From: Alphaproteobacteria bacterium
Lineage (GTDB): Bacteria; Pseudomonadota; Alphaproteobacteria; SP197
Assembly: GCA_964291265.2 (NCBI GenBank)
Contig: OZ219747.1
Span: 3,008,001 to 3,072,000 of the forward strand
Direction of reading: 5' to 3'
Length of the DNA: 64,000 nucleotides
Shown here piece by piece: positions 1-9,820 of the stretch. A program made the position numbers and the translations under genes. How positions within the stretch are numbered: position 1 is the first letter of the stretch; every line of letters begins with the position of its first letter. The notes below the pieces were generated by a model. The model saw only the letters and a program-made list of their open reading frames with translations. It did no database searches and was not told the DNA's origin.

Positions 1-1
1 C

Positions 2-1408
2 GCGGAGCATGCCGACGCGATTGTCTCGAGGGGCCGGAAGTGCGCCATCATGCCCGGTCTCGTCAACGCTCATCACCACTCTTCCGCTGCCAGTCACGTG
101 CAGCACGGCGCGCCTGACATGCTGCTGGAGAGCTGGCTCAAGGCGTTGGCGGTCATGCGCCCGTCGCCGACGCGCCTCGACATCCTTCTCTCGGCGACGC
201 GCCAGCTGCAGGGTGGTGTGACCACGGTCGTTGATCTCGCCTCATTGTCAGGGTCCGCCGAGACCGTCATCAGCAAGTGCGGCGAGGCGCTTCGGGCCTA
301 CGACACGGTGGGCATGCGCTGTGCCTTCGGTCCCGGAATCGGTGATCAGAACTTCCTGGGTGTCGGTCCCGGTGACTGCGACGAGCGCTTTCTCGCGAGC
401 CTGCCTTGCGACCTCGGCGAACGGCTGCGTTCGGAATACATGCCAGGGGCCGACCTGATGACGGCGGCAGACTACATAGGCGTCATGGAGGATCTGATCG
501 GCGCCTGGGATGCCCACGACCGTATTGACGTCTGGTTCGGACCACCCGGCCCGCCATGGGTGAGCGACCCGTTCCTTGAACTCATCGGCGACGCGGCATC
601 AAGAATGGACATCAACATTCAGACTCATCTCTCCGAATCATACTATGAAAATCTTCAGGGTCCGATGTTTCATGGCGCACCGATGCTGGTCCATCTCGAC
701 CGACTTGGCCTGACCGGACCACGGCTGTCGCTGGCCCATGGTGTGTGGATGACCGAAGAGGAGATTGCCATCATGGCCGAGACCGGAACGGCGGTCTCGC
801 ACAACCCTTCGAGCAATCTCAGGCTGCGGGCCGGCATCGCCCCGCTGAACGCCTTTCTCGAAGCCGGTGTCGTCACGGCTCTGGGCATGGATTCGACCAC
901 CATCAATGATGACGAGGACATGTTCGCCGAAATGCGTCTCGCCCTGCGCCTTGCCCGTTCGCCCACATACCACGAGGCCGCGCCTTCGCCCGCAGACCTC
1001 CTCGGTTGCGCCACCGGAGGCGGGGCGACGCTGATGCGCAAGGACGATCAGATCGGACGCCTTGCTCCGGGCTTTGCCGCTGACCTTCTTGTGATCGACA
1101 TGGATGCGGCCACGACGCCCTGGGTGGCGCCTGAAATCTCGCCACGGGAACTGGCGCTCATGAGAGTGCGGGGCACGGATGTGCGTGATGTGATGGTTGC
1201 CGGAGAGTGGGTGCTCAAGGACCGACTGCCAACCCGTTTCGATCTCGCCGACGCGATACACGAACTCCACGAGGTCATGGCGGCAACACCGTTTCCCACG
1301 GCATCCCATGCCCTTGCGCTGGAAACCTTGCCGCATGTCGAGGCCTGGTATGGATCGTGGGACCATCCTCCACGCCAGCCCTATACGGCGATGAACAGCC
1401 GCACATGA
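2..1408 (+). CDS. Amidohydrolase family protein (AtzA/TrzA/deaminase-like), 5'-partial
   Basis: Frame is open from the window start. Motifs PGLVNAHHH, HLSES, LAHGVW, HNPSSNLRL and GMDS. Confidence 0.85.
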   Translation, partial: AEHADAIVSRGRKCAIMPGLVNAHHHSSAASHVQHGAPDMLLESWLKALAVMRPSPTRLDILLSATRQLQGGVTTVVDLASLSGSAETVISKCGEALRAYDTVGMRCAFGPGIGDQNFLGVGPGDCDERFLASLPCDLGERLRSEYMPGADLMTAADYIGVMEDLIGAWDAHDRIDVWFGPPGPPWVSDPFLELIGDAASRMDINIQTHLSESYYENLQGPMFHGAPMLVHLDRLGLTGPRLSLAHGVWMTEEEIAIMAETGTAVSHNPSSNLRLRAGIAPLNAFLEAGVVTALGMDSTTINDDEDMFAEMRLALRLARSPTYHEAAPSPADLLGCATGGGATLMRKDDQIGRLAPGFAADLLVIDMDAATTPWVAPEISPRELALMRVRGTDVRDVMVAGEWVLKDRLPTRFDLADAIHELHEVMAATPFPTASHALALETLPHVEAWYGSWDHPPRQPYTAMNSRT

Positions 1409-1415
1409 TGCATCA

Positions 1416-2615
1416 TCAACCAAGGCGGCCCTCGAGCGCGTCGAGGAAAAGCCGGCGGAATGTGTCATCGGTGAGGGGCCTGGGGTTGGTGGCGGCGGTA
1501 GGGTCCGAGAGCCCCTGACGCACAACCTCGCCGACATCGCGGTCGTCGACCCCGATCTCGCCCAGCGTATGTTCGATGCCGATGGTCCGGCGCATGTCGA
1601 GGACCCAGTCCATCACGGCATCGACTCCACTGTCCCCGAGGCCAAGCCAGCGCGACAGGTTCCGGTATCGTGCGTCCACGGCCCCCCTGTTGAAGGCAAT
1701 GACGTAGGGCATGACGATGGCGTTGGTCCGGCCGTGATGGGTATCGAAGAGAGCGCCGACAGGATGTGAAAGGGAGTGAATGGCGCCGAGTCCCTTCTGG
1801 AAGGCGGTGGCTCCCATGGTGGCAGCCACCAGCATGTTTCCCCGGGCTTCGAGGTTGGCGCCGTCATCGACCGCGACAGGCAACCACTCCTTGATCAGAC
1901 GCATGCCCTCGAGGGCGACCCCATCGGCCATGGGATGGTAGCCGGGCGCGCTGAAGGCCTCGAGGCAGTGGGCCAGCGCGTCCATGCCGGTCCACGCGGT
2001 GATCGAGTGTGGCAACCCGACACTGAGCCGGGGGTCCTCGATGACGATGCTCGGCAGCATTCGGGGATGGAACAGGATCTTCTTGATGCGTTCGGCCTCG
2101 TCGATGATGACGGATGCACGCCCCACCTCGGATCCCGTTCCGGCGGTGGTGGGAATGGCGATGACCGGCAAGATGGCGTCATGGTTGGCGCGTGTCCAGT
2201 TGTCGCCCCTGTCTTCGAACGTGAACATGTCAAGCGTCTGTCCGGCCATGAAGGCGATGGTCTTGCCGGCATCCATGGCGCTGCCTCCGCCAAGGGCGAT
2301 GACGCCGTCATGGTCTCCCGAACGCAGTTGCCCCATTCCCCTGATGATATCGGATCCGGACGGGTTGGGACTGATACCGCAGAAGAGATTCGCCTGGAGT
2401 CCTGTCGCGCGGATATCGCCAAGGGCCCGGTTGACCATGTCGAGGCCGGCAAGTCCCGGATCCGTCACGAGGAGGGGCCGCGCCATTCCCAGTACGCGGC
2501 AGGCGTCAGCGAGTTCCGCGATTCGCCCGGGGCCGAAACGGATTTCCGTGGGCCAGGTCCAGGTGACGTTTTCGGGCACGGTCATGGCATTGTCGATCCG
2601 GTTGCTGGACGACAT
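1416..2615 (-). CDS. Iron-containing alcohol dehydrogenase
   Basis: Motifs GGGSAMDAGK, PTTAGTGSEV, GMDALAHCLE and HSLSH...HHG. Confidence 0.92.
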   Translation of the reverse strand: MSSSNRIDNAMTVPENVTWTWPTEIRFGPGRIAELADACRVLGMARPLLVTDPGLAGLDMVNRALGDIRATGLQANLFCGISPNPSGSDIIRGMGQLRSGDHDGVIALGGGSAMDAGKTIAFMAGQTLDMFTFEDRGDNWTRANHDAILPVIAIPTTAGTGSEVGRASVIIDEAERIKKILFHPRMLPSIVIEDPRLSVGLPHSITAWTGMDALAHCLEAFSAPGYHPMADGVALEGMRLIKEWLPVAVDDGANLEARGNMLVAATMGATAFQKGLGAIHSLSHPVGALFDTHHGRTNAIVMPYVIAFNRGAVDARYRNLSRWLGLGDSGVDAVMDWVLDMRRTIGIEHTLGEIGVDDRDVGEVVRQGLSDPTAATNPRPLTDDTFRRLFLDALEGRLG

Positions 2616-2680
2616 GGTTTGCCTTGCCATGGCGGGGGATGCAAGATGGACTCACTGATCATTGCGTCCACGGTCCTGGA

Positions 2681-3577
2681 GTGGAACCGCTTCCCGTCAT
2701 CTTCGATTGTGATCCCGGCAAGGACGACGCCCTGGCGCTCTTCGTCGCCCTGGCCCTGCCGCAGGTCATCGATGTTCTCGGCATCACCACCGTCGCCGGA
2801 AACGTGCCGGTCGAACACACCAGCCGCAACGCGCGACGCATTGTGGAAGCCGCAGGACGCCACGACATTCCGGTCTACCCTGGTTGTGCCCGGCCCCTCC
2901 TGCGGCAGGCCGTGACGGCGGTCGATGTCCACGGCGCCGACGGACTGGGGGGATCGGGGCTCCCCGACGCGCAGTATCCAGTCGAGGATTTTCATGCCGT
3001 GGAGGCTCTTGCGGGTTTTCTGGAGGAAGCCTCGACACCCCTCACGATCGCGGCGATCGGTCCCCTGACCAACATTGCCCTGCTGATGTCCCTGAGGCCG
3101 GATCTGGTGCCGGCGATCGGACAACTCGTGGTCATGGGAGGCGCCCGCAAAGGCGGCAATGTCACGAGGAACGCTGAGTTCAACGCCTTTGCCGATCCCC
3201 ATGCCGCCCGGATCGTGCTCGCGGGTCAGGTGCCGGCGACCATCGTTCCCCTGGATGTGACCCGCCGAATCCTGCCGCCTCAGGACTGGTTCGACGACAT
3301 GGAAGGCTGCGGGGAACCGGGCAGGGCCGTTGCTGCCATGTGGCGGGAATCACCGGTGGCGCTTCACGATGTCGCGGTGACGGGGTTTCTGGCCTGGCCT
3401 GAACTCTATTCGCTCGAGGCATGCTCGGTGGACGTGGTCTGGAACGACACCGACAACCTCGGGCGCACTGTGTTCAGCAGGGAAGATGGACCACTCAGCG
3501 TCGTGAGGCGTGTCGATCAGCGGCTCCTTGCCAACAGGGTGGCAGAGGCGATGGGGACCTGCGCCACAACACCGTGA
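2681..3577 (+). CDS. Nucleoside hydrolase (IUNH family)
   Basis: Motifs DCDPGKDDA, VAGN, HGADGLG, GPLTNIA, AEFNAFADP and LHD. GTG start is inferred. Confidence 0.9.
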   Translation: MEPLPVIFDCDPGKDDALALFVALALPQVIDVLGITTVAGNVPVEHTSRNARRIVEAAGRHDIPVYPGCARPLLRQAVTAVDVHGADGLGGSGLPDAQYPVEDFHAVEALAGFLEEASTPLTIAAIGPLTNIALLMSLRPDLVPAIGQLVVMGGARKGGNVTRNAEFNAFADPHAARIVLAGQVPATIVPLDVTRRILPPQDWFDDMEGCGEPGRAVAAMWRESPVALHDVAVTGFLAWPELYSLEACSVDVVWNDTDNLGRTVFSREDGPLSVVRRVDQRLLANRVAEAMGTCATTP

Positions 3578-3583
3578 GGTGCC

Positions 3584-4558
3584 TCAAGCGACCCTGTCGG
3601 GTGGCTCTTCGCCGGCAAAGAAGGCATCAAGATTGTCGAGCGCGCGAAAACCCATCGCATCCCGGGTCGGCATGGTGGCGCTGCCGAGATGCGGCAGGAG
3701 AAAGACATTGTCGAGGTCGCGGTAGCCCTGGTGGATATCCGGTTCCCCATCGAACACGTCGAGGCCTGCGGAAAAGAGCTTGCCGCGGGAGAGAGCGGCA
3801 ATCAGGGCGTCGTCGTCAACGACATTGCCGCGTGCCGTATTGACGACAATGGCGCCATCGGGCAGCCGCCGCAGGCTCTCCTCGTTGATGATGCGCAGGG
3901 TCTCTGGTGTTGATGGACAGTGGATCGACAGGATGTCACTGACGGACAGCAGGCTCTCGAGACTGTCGTGAAAGCGGGCACCCGCTTCCAGTTCGTCCGT
4001 CAGCCGCGAGCGGTTGTGGTAGTGCACCTCCATGCCGAATCCGACCACTCGTCTGGCCAGCGCCTGTCCGATGCGGCCCATGCCGAGAATGCCCAGCCTG
4101 GCGCCGGTCACGTGGACGCCCCGCATGGCAGTTGGCGCCCAGGCGCCCCATGTCTTCTCGTAGATCATCCTCTGGCCTTCGTGTGCACGTCGTGCGGCGC
4201 CGAGAATCAGAAGCACGGCGATGTCGGCGGTGGCATCGGTGAGAACGTCCGGTGTATTGGTGACGATGATTCCGCGCTCGGCCGCAGCGTCGATGTCGAT
4301 GTGTTCATGACCGACGGAGAACGAGGCGATGACCTTGACGCTGTCAGCGAGACGGTGGATGACATCCGACGTGATCCTGTCCGTAGGACAGGGAACGAGG
4401 GCGTCGACCTCGCGACATCCCTCGACCACCTCGTCAGCCGTCGGCAGCTGATCGTCGGCGTTGAGAATGGGCTGATAGTCGCGCCTCAGGCGATCCTCGA
4501 CCGCAGAAGGGAGTCGCCTAGTGACAAAGACCGAGGGGCGGGTGTCTGTGCTTGACAT
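3584..4558 (-). CDS. D-2-hydroxyacid (glyoxylate/glycerate) dehydrogenase
   Basis: GMGRIG Rossmann motif, plus NTARG, GLDVFDGEP and PHLGSAT. Confidence 0.92.
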   Translation of the reverse strand: MSSTDTRPSVFVTRRLPSAVEDRLRRDYQPILNADDQLPTADEVVEGCREVDALVPCPTDRITSDVIHRLADSVKVIASFSVGHEHIDIDAAAERGIIVTNTPDVLTDATADIAVLLILGAARRAHEGQRMIYEKTWGAWAPTAMRGVHVTGARLGILGMGRIGQALARRVVGFGMEVHYHNRSRLTDELEAGARFHDSLESLLSVSDILSIHCPSTPETLRIINEESLRRLPDGAIVVNTARGNVVDDDALIAALSRGKLFSAGLDVFDGEPDIHQGYRDLDNVFLLPHLGSATMPTRDAMGFRALDNLDAFFAGEEPPDRVA

Positions 4559-4607
4559 GGTTGTTGCTGGCTTTCAAATACGTTGGAGGCCGAAAGACAC
4601 GTCCATA

Positions 4608-5375
4608 ATGAAATCCCGGGCCAATCGCAAAACATTCGTCATCCTGCTGTTGCTGGTCTCGGCAACGGGTGGAGCACATGCGCTTGACATGCTGTCCCAT
4701 CGGGCCTCCTACCATGCCAGCGTGCGATTTCTGCAGGGTGACCCGACGACCAGTACAGGGGAGGGATTCGTCGAGTGGAGAACCGAGGATCACTGCGAAA
4801 CGTGGCTGTTCACCGAAGTGTCCCTGATCCGAATCGGCAGCGGAGACCAGGCTCCCGAATTTGCCAACAATCAAGTGAGCTTCGAAGCCAAGGATGGGAC
4901 TTGGTACCGCTACCAGAACGAATTCGATGGTCCGGGCGGAACAGAACTCTCATCCGGCGAGGCTGTGGTGAACGAAGCGGGCGAGCCGGGACGAATCGTG
5001 GTCGAGGAACCCGAAGCGCTTACCGGAGACCTGCCCGCAGGCGCCGTGTTTCCGATGCGCTTCACCATCGATATTCTCAAGCGCGCCGTAACGGGCGAGA
5101 GGTTCATGAACCATGTCGTCTTTGATGGAATGGACGGAACCGCGGCGAGCGAGTACACGACCTTTGTCCAGTCGGTCGAGGAAAGCGATGGACATGCGAT
5201 CTGGACCATGAAGGTCTCGACCTTCAAGGATCCGGAAGAAGTCGGGCCGAACATGGAGATGACAGCCAGCATTCGGGATGATGGCGTGATCGATGCCATC
5301 CGCTACGAAGACGAGACGACGGTCACGACCCTGACGCTCCACGAACTGGCCGAACTCCCCCCTGCTGACTGTTGA
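4608..5375 (+). CDS. Secreted EipB/DUF1849-like protein
   Basis: Signal peptide (..GAHA|LD), then SHRASY, SFEAKDG, LPAGAVFP and VFDG motifs. Confidence 0.7.
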   Translation: MKSRANRKTFVILLLLVSATGGAHALDMLSHRASYHASVRFLQGDPTTSTGEGFVEWRTEDHCETWLFTEVSLIRIGSGDQAPEFANNQVSFEAKDGTWYRYQNEFDGPGGTELSSGEAVVNEAGEPGRIVVEEPEALTGDLPAGAVFPMRFTIDILKRAVTGERFMNHVVFDGMDGTAASEYTTFVQSVEESDGHAIWTMKVSTFKDPEEVGPNMEMTASIRDDGVIDAIRYEDETTVTTLTLHELAELPPADC

Positions 5376-5619
5376 TCGCCGGGCGGACGCTCCCTGAACC
5401 GGCGGCGGAGATGGAAAGCCGCTCGAGCCAGTCGTCGTCGCAGGACGTTACCCTGTCACGACAAGATGATGGTCGAAGTCGAAGGAACTTCCAAGAAATC
5501 GGGAGCAGCGACGTTCCCAGGCACCGCCCCGGTGGTCGTCTTCCAGGCACCGCAGCGGTTCGCTTGACATCCCCGTTCTTTCAGAATGACGAGATCAACG
5601 GCGGACCGCCGCCAGCTTA

Positions 5620-6154
5620 GCACAGGGCGTGCCGTCGACGCAGTCATGGGGAATGGGCATTGCGATCCTCATCGAACGGGCCGAGTGTCTCCTCGAAGTT
5701 GTCCATGACAGGCATGTGCTGACTGTCCGGGCTTGCCAGGGACGGCAGGTAACCCGGCAACCAGAAGTCCAGCCATCAGGAGATTGACGTCGAGGACGAC
5801 GATCCTGTCACGCGTCACCCGTCGCATCTCCTGCAGCCCCTGCGAACGTCATCCCAGTGGTGAACGGCGAGGACTGCCATCGACGGATCGAAAGCCCGGT
5901 CTCCGAACGGCAGGGCTTCCGCGCGAGCCTGAACGATGATCGCTGCGTCCACTGGCCCTTGTCGGACCATGGCTGCTGACGGCTCCACGGCAGTCGCCGG
6001 GAGATCCGCCGGTTCGCAAGAGCCGGTGACTGCACCCACCTTCAAGATCGTGAATGCTTCGGCAAGATGGACATGGATCGATGCGGCAATTCTCGGGTCC
6101 GGCCGGCGCAGGGCGGCGATAGCCGGCTCCGATCGTGTGGCAGGGCGCGGTCAC
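5620..6154 (-). pseudogene. Class I SAM-dependent methyltransferase, multiply frameshifted
   Basis: Fragments lie in different frames: TIGAGY, RRPDPRIAA, VGAVTGS..AVEPSAAM, AEALPFGDRAFD and VHHWDD. Confidence 0.7.
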
Positions 6155-6198
6155 GGAGGAGCCCGCCCCGCCTCACCAATCAGTCATGAACGTCGGCG

Positions 6199-6520
6199 GT
6201 GGATACTGAACATCAACAGACTGTCTATCGGCTTCATTCCGGATCCTCGGGAGAAGGCACGCAGGCTGGTTGCTCTCGCGGGCGCCTGCCCTTTCGTCTG
6301 GAACGCCATGTTCGACCGGCAGGATCGGCTTGTTGCAGAGGCGAGACCGGCGGACGCCGTCTCGCGTCGGTCGCATGGCAACCTCACATGCGTGGCCTGC
6401 GGCCATGCGAGCCGCGGCATCAGGTGTCGGGAACCGGTGCATCTGCGCGGGAAGGAGCGTTGCCGTCGGGCACTGCGATGATCCGTGAAACGGATCGCAG
6501 AGTGGTGGCATGAGTCTTTC
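6199..6520 (+). mobile_element. Internally deleted IS200/IS605 TnpB remnant
   Basis: N-terminal 'RRLVALAGACPFVWNAM' is joined almost directly to the Zn-finger 'LTCVACGHA'. Hairpin GATCCGTGAAACGGATC at 6480-6496. Confidence 0.55.
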
Positions 6521-6557
6521 GGTCAACCGTACAGGCCGCCTTGCAGGAGATGACGAT

Positions 6558-7214
6558 TCACGAAGGTGTCATGCCAAGGCATGCCTCGATGTAGGAACTG
6601 ATGCCGGGCCAGTCACAGGCGTGGTGATGGCAGTTCGCTGCGGGTCCAAGGAGGCCGGCCAACCGCCGGTTGGCCACATAGTGGATGCGTATGACGTCCC
6701 CGGTGAGGTCGGCGACATCCTGGTGGTGTGCGGGAATGTCGTCGACGAAGAAAACAGGCTCGCGTGTCAGTGAGGCAAGCTGTGCGACGGCCGGTGCCTT
6801 GGAGCCGCGGTTGGTGATGACAGGGTAGGGCATGCCCTGACTCCTGAGAGCATGCGCCCTTGCTTCGCGGAACTCCGACCAGATATTGCTGAGAACAACG
6901 ATCTGCAGGTGGCGGCCCAGGTGCTGCAGGGACTCCGCTGCCCCGTCAACGGCAACAATGGTTCGTGTGTGGCTCTCGAAAAAGGAATAGATGAGTGATC
7001 TGACGGTGGCCGCATCCACAGCCTTGCCCGTATGATCGTCGATGATGTTGCCGTTGAGCCGGAAGGAGGCCCACGAGAAACTCAGACCGCGGCCGTGCAG
7101 AAAACCCTCGAAGCCTTCCATGAAGGCAAAGAGCACCTCGTCGGCGTCACTGATGAGAAGAGGGCGACCGGGATCGATGCCGAGATCGTTCAGTCCATGC
7201 TGCATCCGCGTCAA
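6558..7214 (-). CDS. HAD-superfamily-like conserved protein
   Basis: DADEVL motif I, LSN, K, and FFVDD motif. Confidence 0.7.
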   Translation of the reverse strand: MTRMQHGLNDLGIDPGRPLLISDADEVLFAFMEGFEGFLHGRGLSFSWASFRLNGNIIDDHTGKAVDAATVRSLIYSFFESHTRTIVAVDGAAESLQHLGRHLQIVVLSNIWSEFREARAHALRSQGMPYPVITNRGSKAPAVAQLASLTREPVFFVDDIPAHHQDVADLTGDVIRIHYVANRRLAGLLGPAANCHHHACDWPGISSYIEACLGMTPS

Positions 7215-7229
7215 GAAGCAGTACCGGGC

Positions 7230-7397
7230 CTACTTCAGCCTGGCTTCCTTGAACACCACATGCTTGCGTGCCACGGGGTCGTACTTGCGGAATGAGAGTT
7301 TCTCCGTCTGCGTGCGCGGGTTCTTCTTGGTCACATAGTAGTAGCCTGTGTCCGCTGTGCTCTCGAGCTTGACAAGAATGGTCGTCGGCTTGGCCAT
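7230..7397 (-). CDS. rpmG: 50S ribosomal protein L33
   Basis: Manual translation [55 protein letters not shown]. It is below the ORF-track length cut-off. Confidence 0.97.
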   Translation of the reverse strand: MAKPTTILVKLESTADTGYYYVTKKNPRTQTEKLSFRKYDPVARKHVVFKEARLK

Positions 7398-7425
7398 GGT
7401 TCACCCGCTCCGGCAAGTCGACGGG

Positions 7426-7455
7426 ACACTAGAGAAAATCCGGCCGACATGTCAA
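7426..7455 (-). promoter_or_regulatory. Putative sigma70 promoter of rpmG
   Basis: TTGACA-N18-TAGTGT on the minus strand, about 30 bp upstream of the ATG. Confidence 0.5.
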
Positions 7456-7645
7456 GGTTCCGAATGTCCCGTCAGCGTGAGCCGCTGAGCGATGGCAACA
7501 ACGGCAGAACGTGCTTGGTCAGCCACCGCAAGACAGGCGGTGGTCACATGTTCCCGTCACGGGGAAGCGGTTCAACCCGTTGGCCTTGTCCCTGCATGAT
7601 GTCCATCGGCGGGGGCACGGCGGCGGTCGACCGGAAGTGGACTGA

Positions 7646-8833
7646 ATGATGAACTCACCACAAGGCAGGGCCGCGGCGTCTTCCTTTCTGTCCCATGGTT
7701 TCCGGTCATTCTTCGTTGCCGCGGCGCTGTGGGCACTTGTCTCCATGGCACTCTGGCTCGTGACGCTCACTGGAGAACTCGAGTTGCCAAGTGCCTTCGA
7801 CCCGGTGTCCTGGCATGCCCACGAGGCCCTGTTCGGCTATCTCGGCGCGGTGCTCGCGGGTTTCCTGCTCACCGCCGTGCCGAACTGGACGAGCCGGCCT
7901 GCGTTGACCGGGCGGCCTCTGGCTGGCCTGCTCGCACTCTGGATTCTCGGACGAATTGCTGTCGCGGTGTCGGAATGGCTGACACCCCTGGCGGTGGCGC
8001 TGATCGATCTTTCGTGCCCCGTCGTCCTCGTTGGCTACGTACTGAGAGAGGTCCTTGCCGGCAGAAACTGGCGCAATCTCGTGGTGATCGCCATGATCGG
8101 CGTCTTCATCGCGGGCAATGCCCTGTTCCATCGGGACGCTGCCGGGGATGCGTACGCGGCGGCGGGATACGGACTGCGCACCGGCCTTGCCGCCGGCATC
8201 ATGATGATCTCCTTGATCGGCGGGCGCATCGTGCCCGCGTTCACGCGGAACTGGCTTTCGGCCCGCGGCAGCGAGGTTCTTCCGGCGCCCGCGGGCCGTC
8301 TCGACGGGCTGGCCCTTGCTCTCACCCTGGTTGTCCTGGCCATGTGGGTCATGCTTCCCGATGCACCGGAGACGGGGTATCTGCTTCTGGCCTCGGGCCT
8401 TGCGCAGGCTGTGCGGCTCCTGCGGTGGCGTGGCCTCCATACCGGGCGCGAACCCCTGCTCTGGATCCTCCACGTGGGATATGCGTTCGTGCCGCTCGGC
8501 ATGCTGGGCGTCGGCGCCACCATTCTGTGGCCCGATGCCTTGCCGCCGGCTTCGGCACAGCATCTGTGGATGGCGGGTGCGATCGGCGTCATGACTCTTG
8601 CCGTCATGACCCGCGCAACGCTCGGGCACAGCGGCGGGGAACTGACGGCGGATCCGGGGACGGTCGCAGTCCATCTTCTGATTGTGGTTTCGGTGCTTGT
8701 GAGGTTCGCCGGCGGCCTGCTGCCGGAGCATGCAATGATCCTGTGGACGCTTGCAGGCCTCCTGTGGTGCAGTTCCTTTGCCGGGTTCGTGTTGCTCCAC
8801 TGGAAGCGGTTGATGGGTGCGGCACGGGAGTGA
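7646..8833 (+). CDS. nnrS: NnrS family membrane protein
   Basis: Motifs GFRSFF, WHAHEALFGY, GFLLTAVPNWT, GGRIVPAFTRNW, LHVGY and MTRATLGHSG. Confidence 0.92.
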   Translation: MMNSPQGRAAASSFLSHGFRSFFVAAALWALVSMALWLVTLTGELELPSAFDPVSWHAHEALFGYLGAVLAGFLLTAVPNWTSRPALTGRPLAGLLALWILGRIAVAVSEWLTPLAVALIDLSCPVVLVGYVLREVLAGRNWRNLVVIAMIGVFIAGNALFHRDAAGDAYAAAGYGLRTGLAAGIMMISLIGGRIVPAFTRNWLSARGSEVLPAPAGRLDGLALALTLVVLAMWVMLPDAPETGYLLLASGLAQAVRLLRWRGLHTGREPLLWILHVGYAFVPLGMLGVGATILWPDALPPASAQHLWMAGAIGVMTLAVMTRATLGHSGGELTADPGTVAVHLLIVVSVLVRFAGGLLPEHAMILWTLAGLLWCSSFAGFVLLHWKRLMGAARE

Positions 8834-8889
8834 GCGGTGGCGGCGCTGCCGCCGCACAGTGGGCCCGGCGCCGGTCACTGTCCGACAGA

Positions 8890-9030
8890 CCACAACCCCG
8901 GCCACTTGCTGTTCAATGGCCCTACAGGCTATTGGGGCATCACCCGCTGCAACACCAGGGTGGCCTTGACTGCCGCGATGCGCAAGCCGCTGGCCGGAAC
9001 GGATGTTCCGCTTCCGCGACCGTGGCAGGT
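8890..9030 (+). pseudogene. Possible decayed IS110 transposase C-terminal fragment
   Basis: 'HLLF...TRCN..RVALTAAMRK' resembles the '[14 protein letters not shown]...[10 protein letters not shown]' segment of the intact IS110 in this window. Confidence 0.3.
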
Positions 9031-9111
9031 ACGGACCGCCGGATGTCCGCACTGTCGCAATGCTGTTGCGTTTGTGGTCGGCTCCCGGACAGGCAGTTGT
9101 GTGCGCGCTCT

Positions 9112-9674
9112 TCAGGGCCAGAGATCGGTCAGGCTGAAGGTGACCGCGTCGAAGGGCCGGATGTTGACCGGCTCGTCGTCCTTTGCGCTTCCGATCAGAA
9201 GCCATTGACCGTTGTTGAGCTCGAACACCTCCAGAGCCCGGTCGGCCGGGTCCACGAGCCAGAGCCAGGAAACGCCTTCGCGGGCGTAGACCGGCCGTTT
9301 CTCATAGAGATCCAGCCTGCGGGTTCCGGGGGAGAGCACTTCGCCAGATCCCAGTCCGGAGCGAAGGTCACGTAGGCGCTGTCCGGAAAGTCCGACATGC
9401 GTTCCCGGCGCCATCCGGCGAGGTTGGGCACGAGGATGTCGTCGGCGAGATGAAGTTCCGGCTCGTCGATGATCCACCAGCCGCCCGGACCGCCGGAGTC
9501 GTAGTCGAAAGGACCTCCGATCTTTGCGCCGAGCGATGAGCTGGCACGTGCGTGGGGCATGGCGGGCCGGGGTTGCGTGTGCAGCGTGCCGTCGATCACT
9601 TCGGCGACCATGTGGCCCGGAGCGTTCAGCACGTCCCGGTCATCGGCGCGGTGTTCCTTTTTCACTGCCTGCAT
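9112..9674 (-). pseudogene. Uma2 family (PD-(D/E)XK) endonuclease, frameshifted near 9345
   Basis: AEVIDGTL..PRP..H, EPELHL, VPNLAGWRRER and APDW are in one frame. EVLSPGT..D..EK..YAREGV.WLWLVDP is in another. Confidence 0.85.
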
Positions 9675-9694
9675 GAGGGGTTGGCTCCTTTCCG

Positions 9695-9820
9695 GAAAGC
9701 GTTCGGTCATGGGGTGACGATGACTGACATGACAGTGACATCTGCGCATTGTCCCGGTTTTCGCTTGGCATTCTCTCAGACGCCATCATCCCCTTCATGA
9801 GCGCGTGACCGAACGCCTAT
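9695..9820. mobile_element. MITE with IS66-type ends, copy 1
   Basis: Ends GAAAGCGTTCGGTC ... GACCGAACGCCTAT. The interior is similar to copies 2 and 3. Confidence 0.65.
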
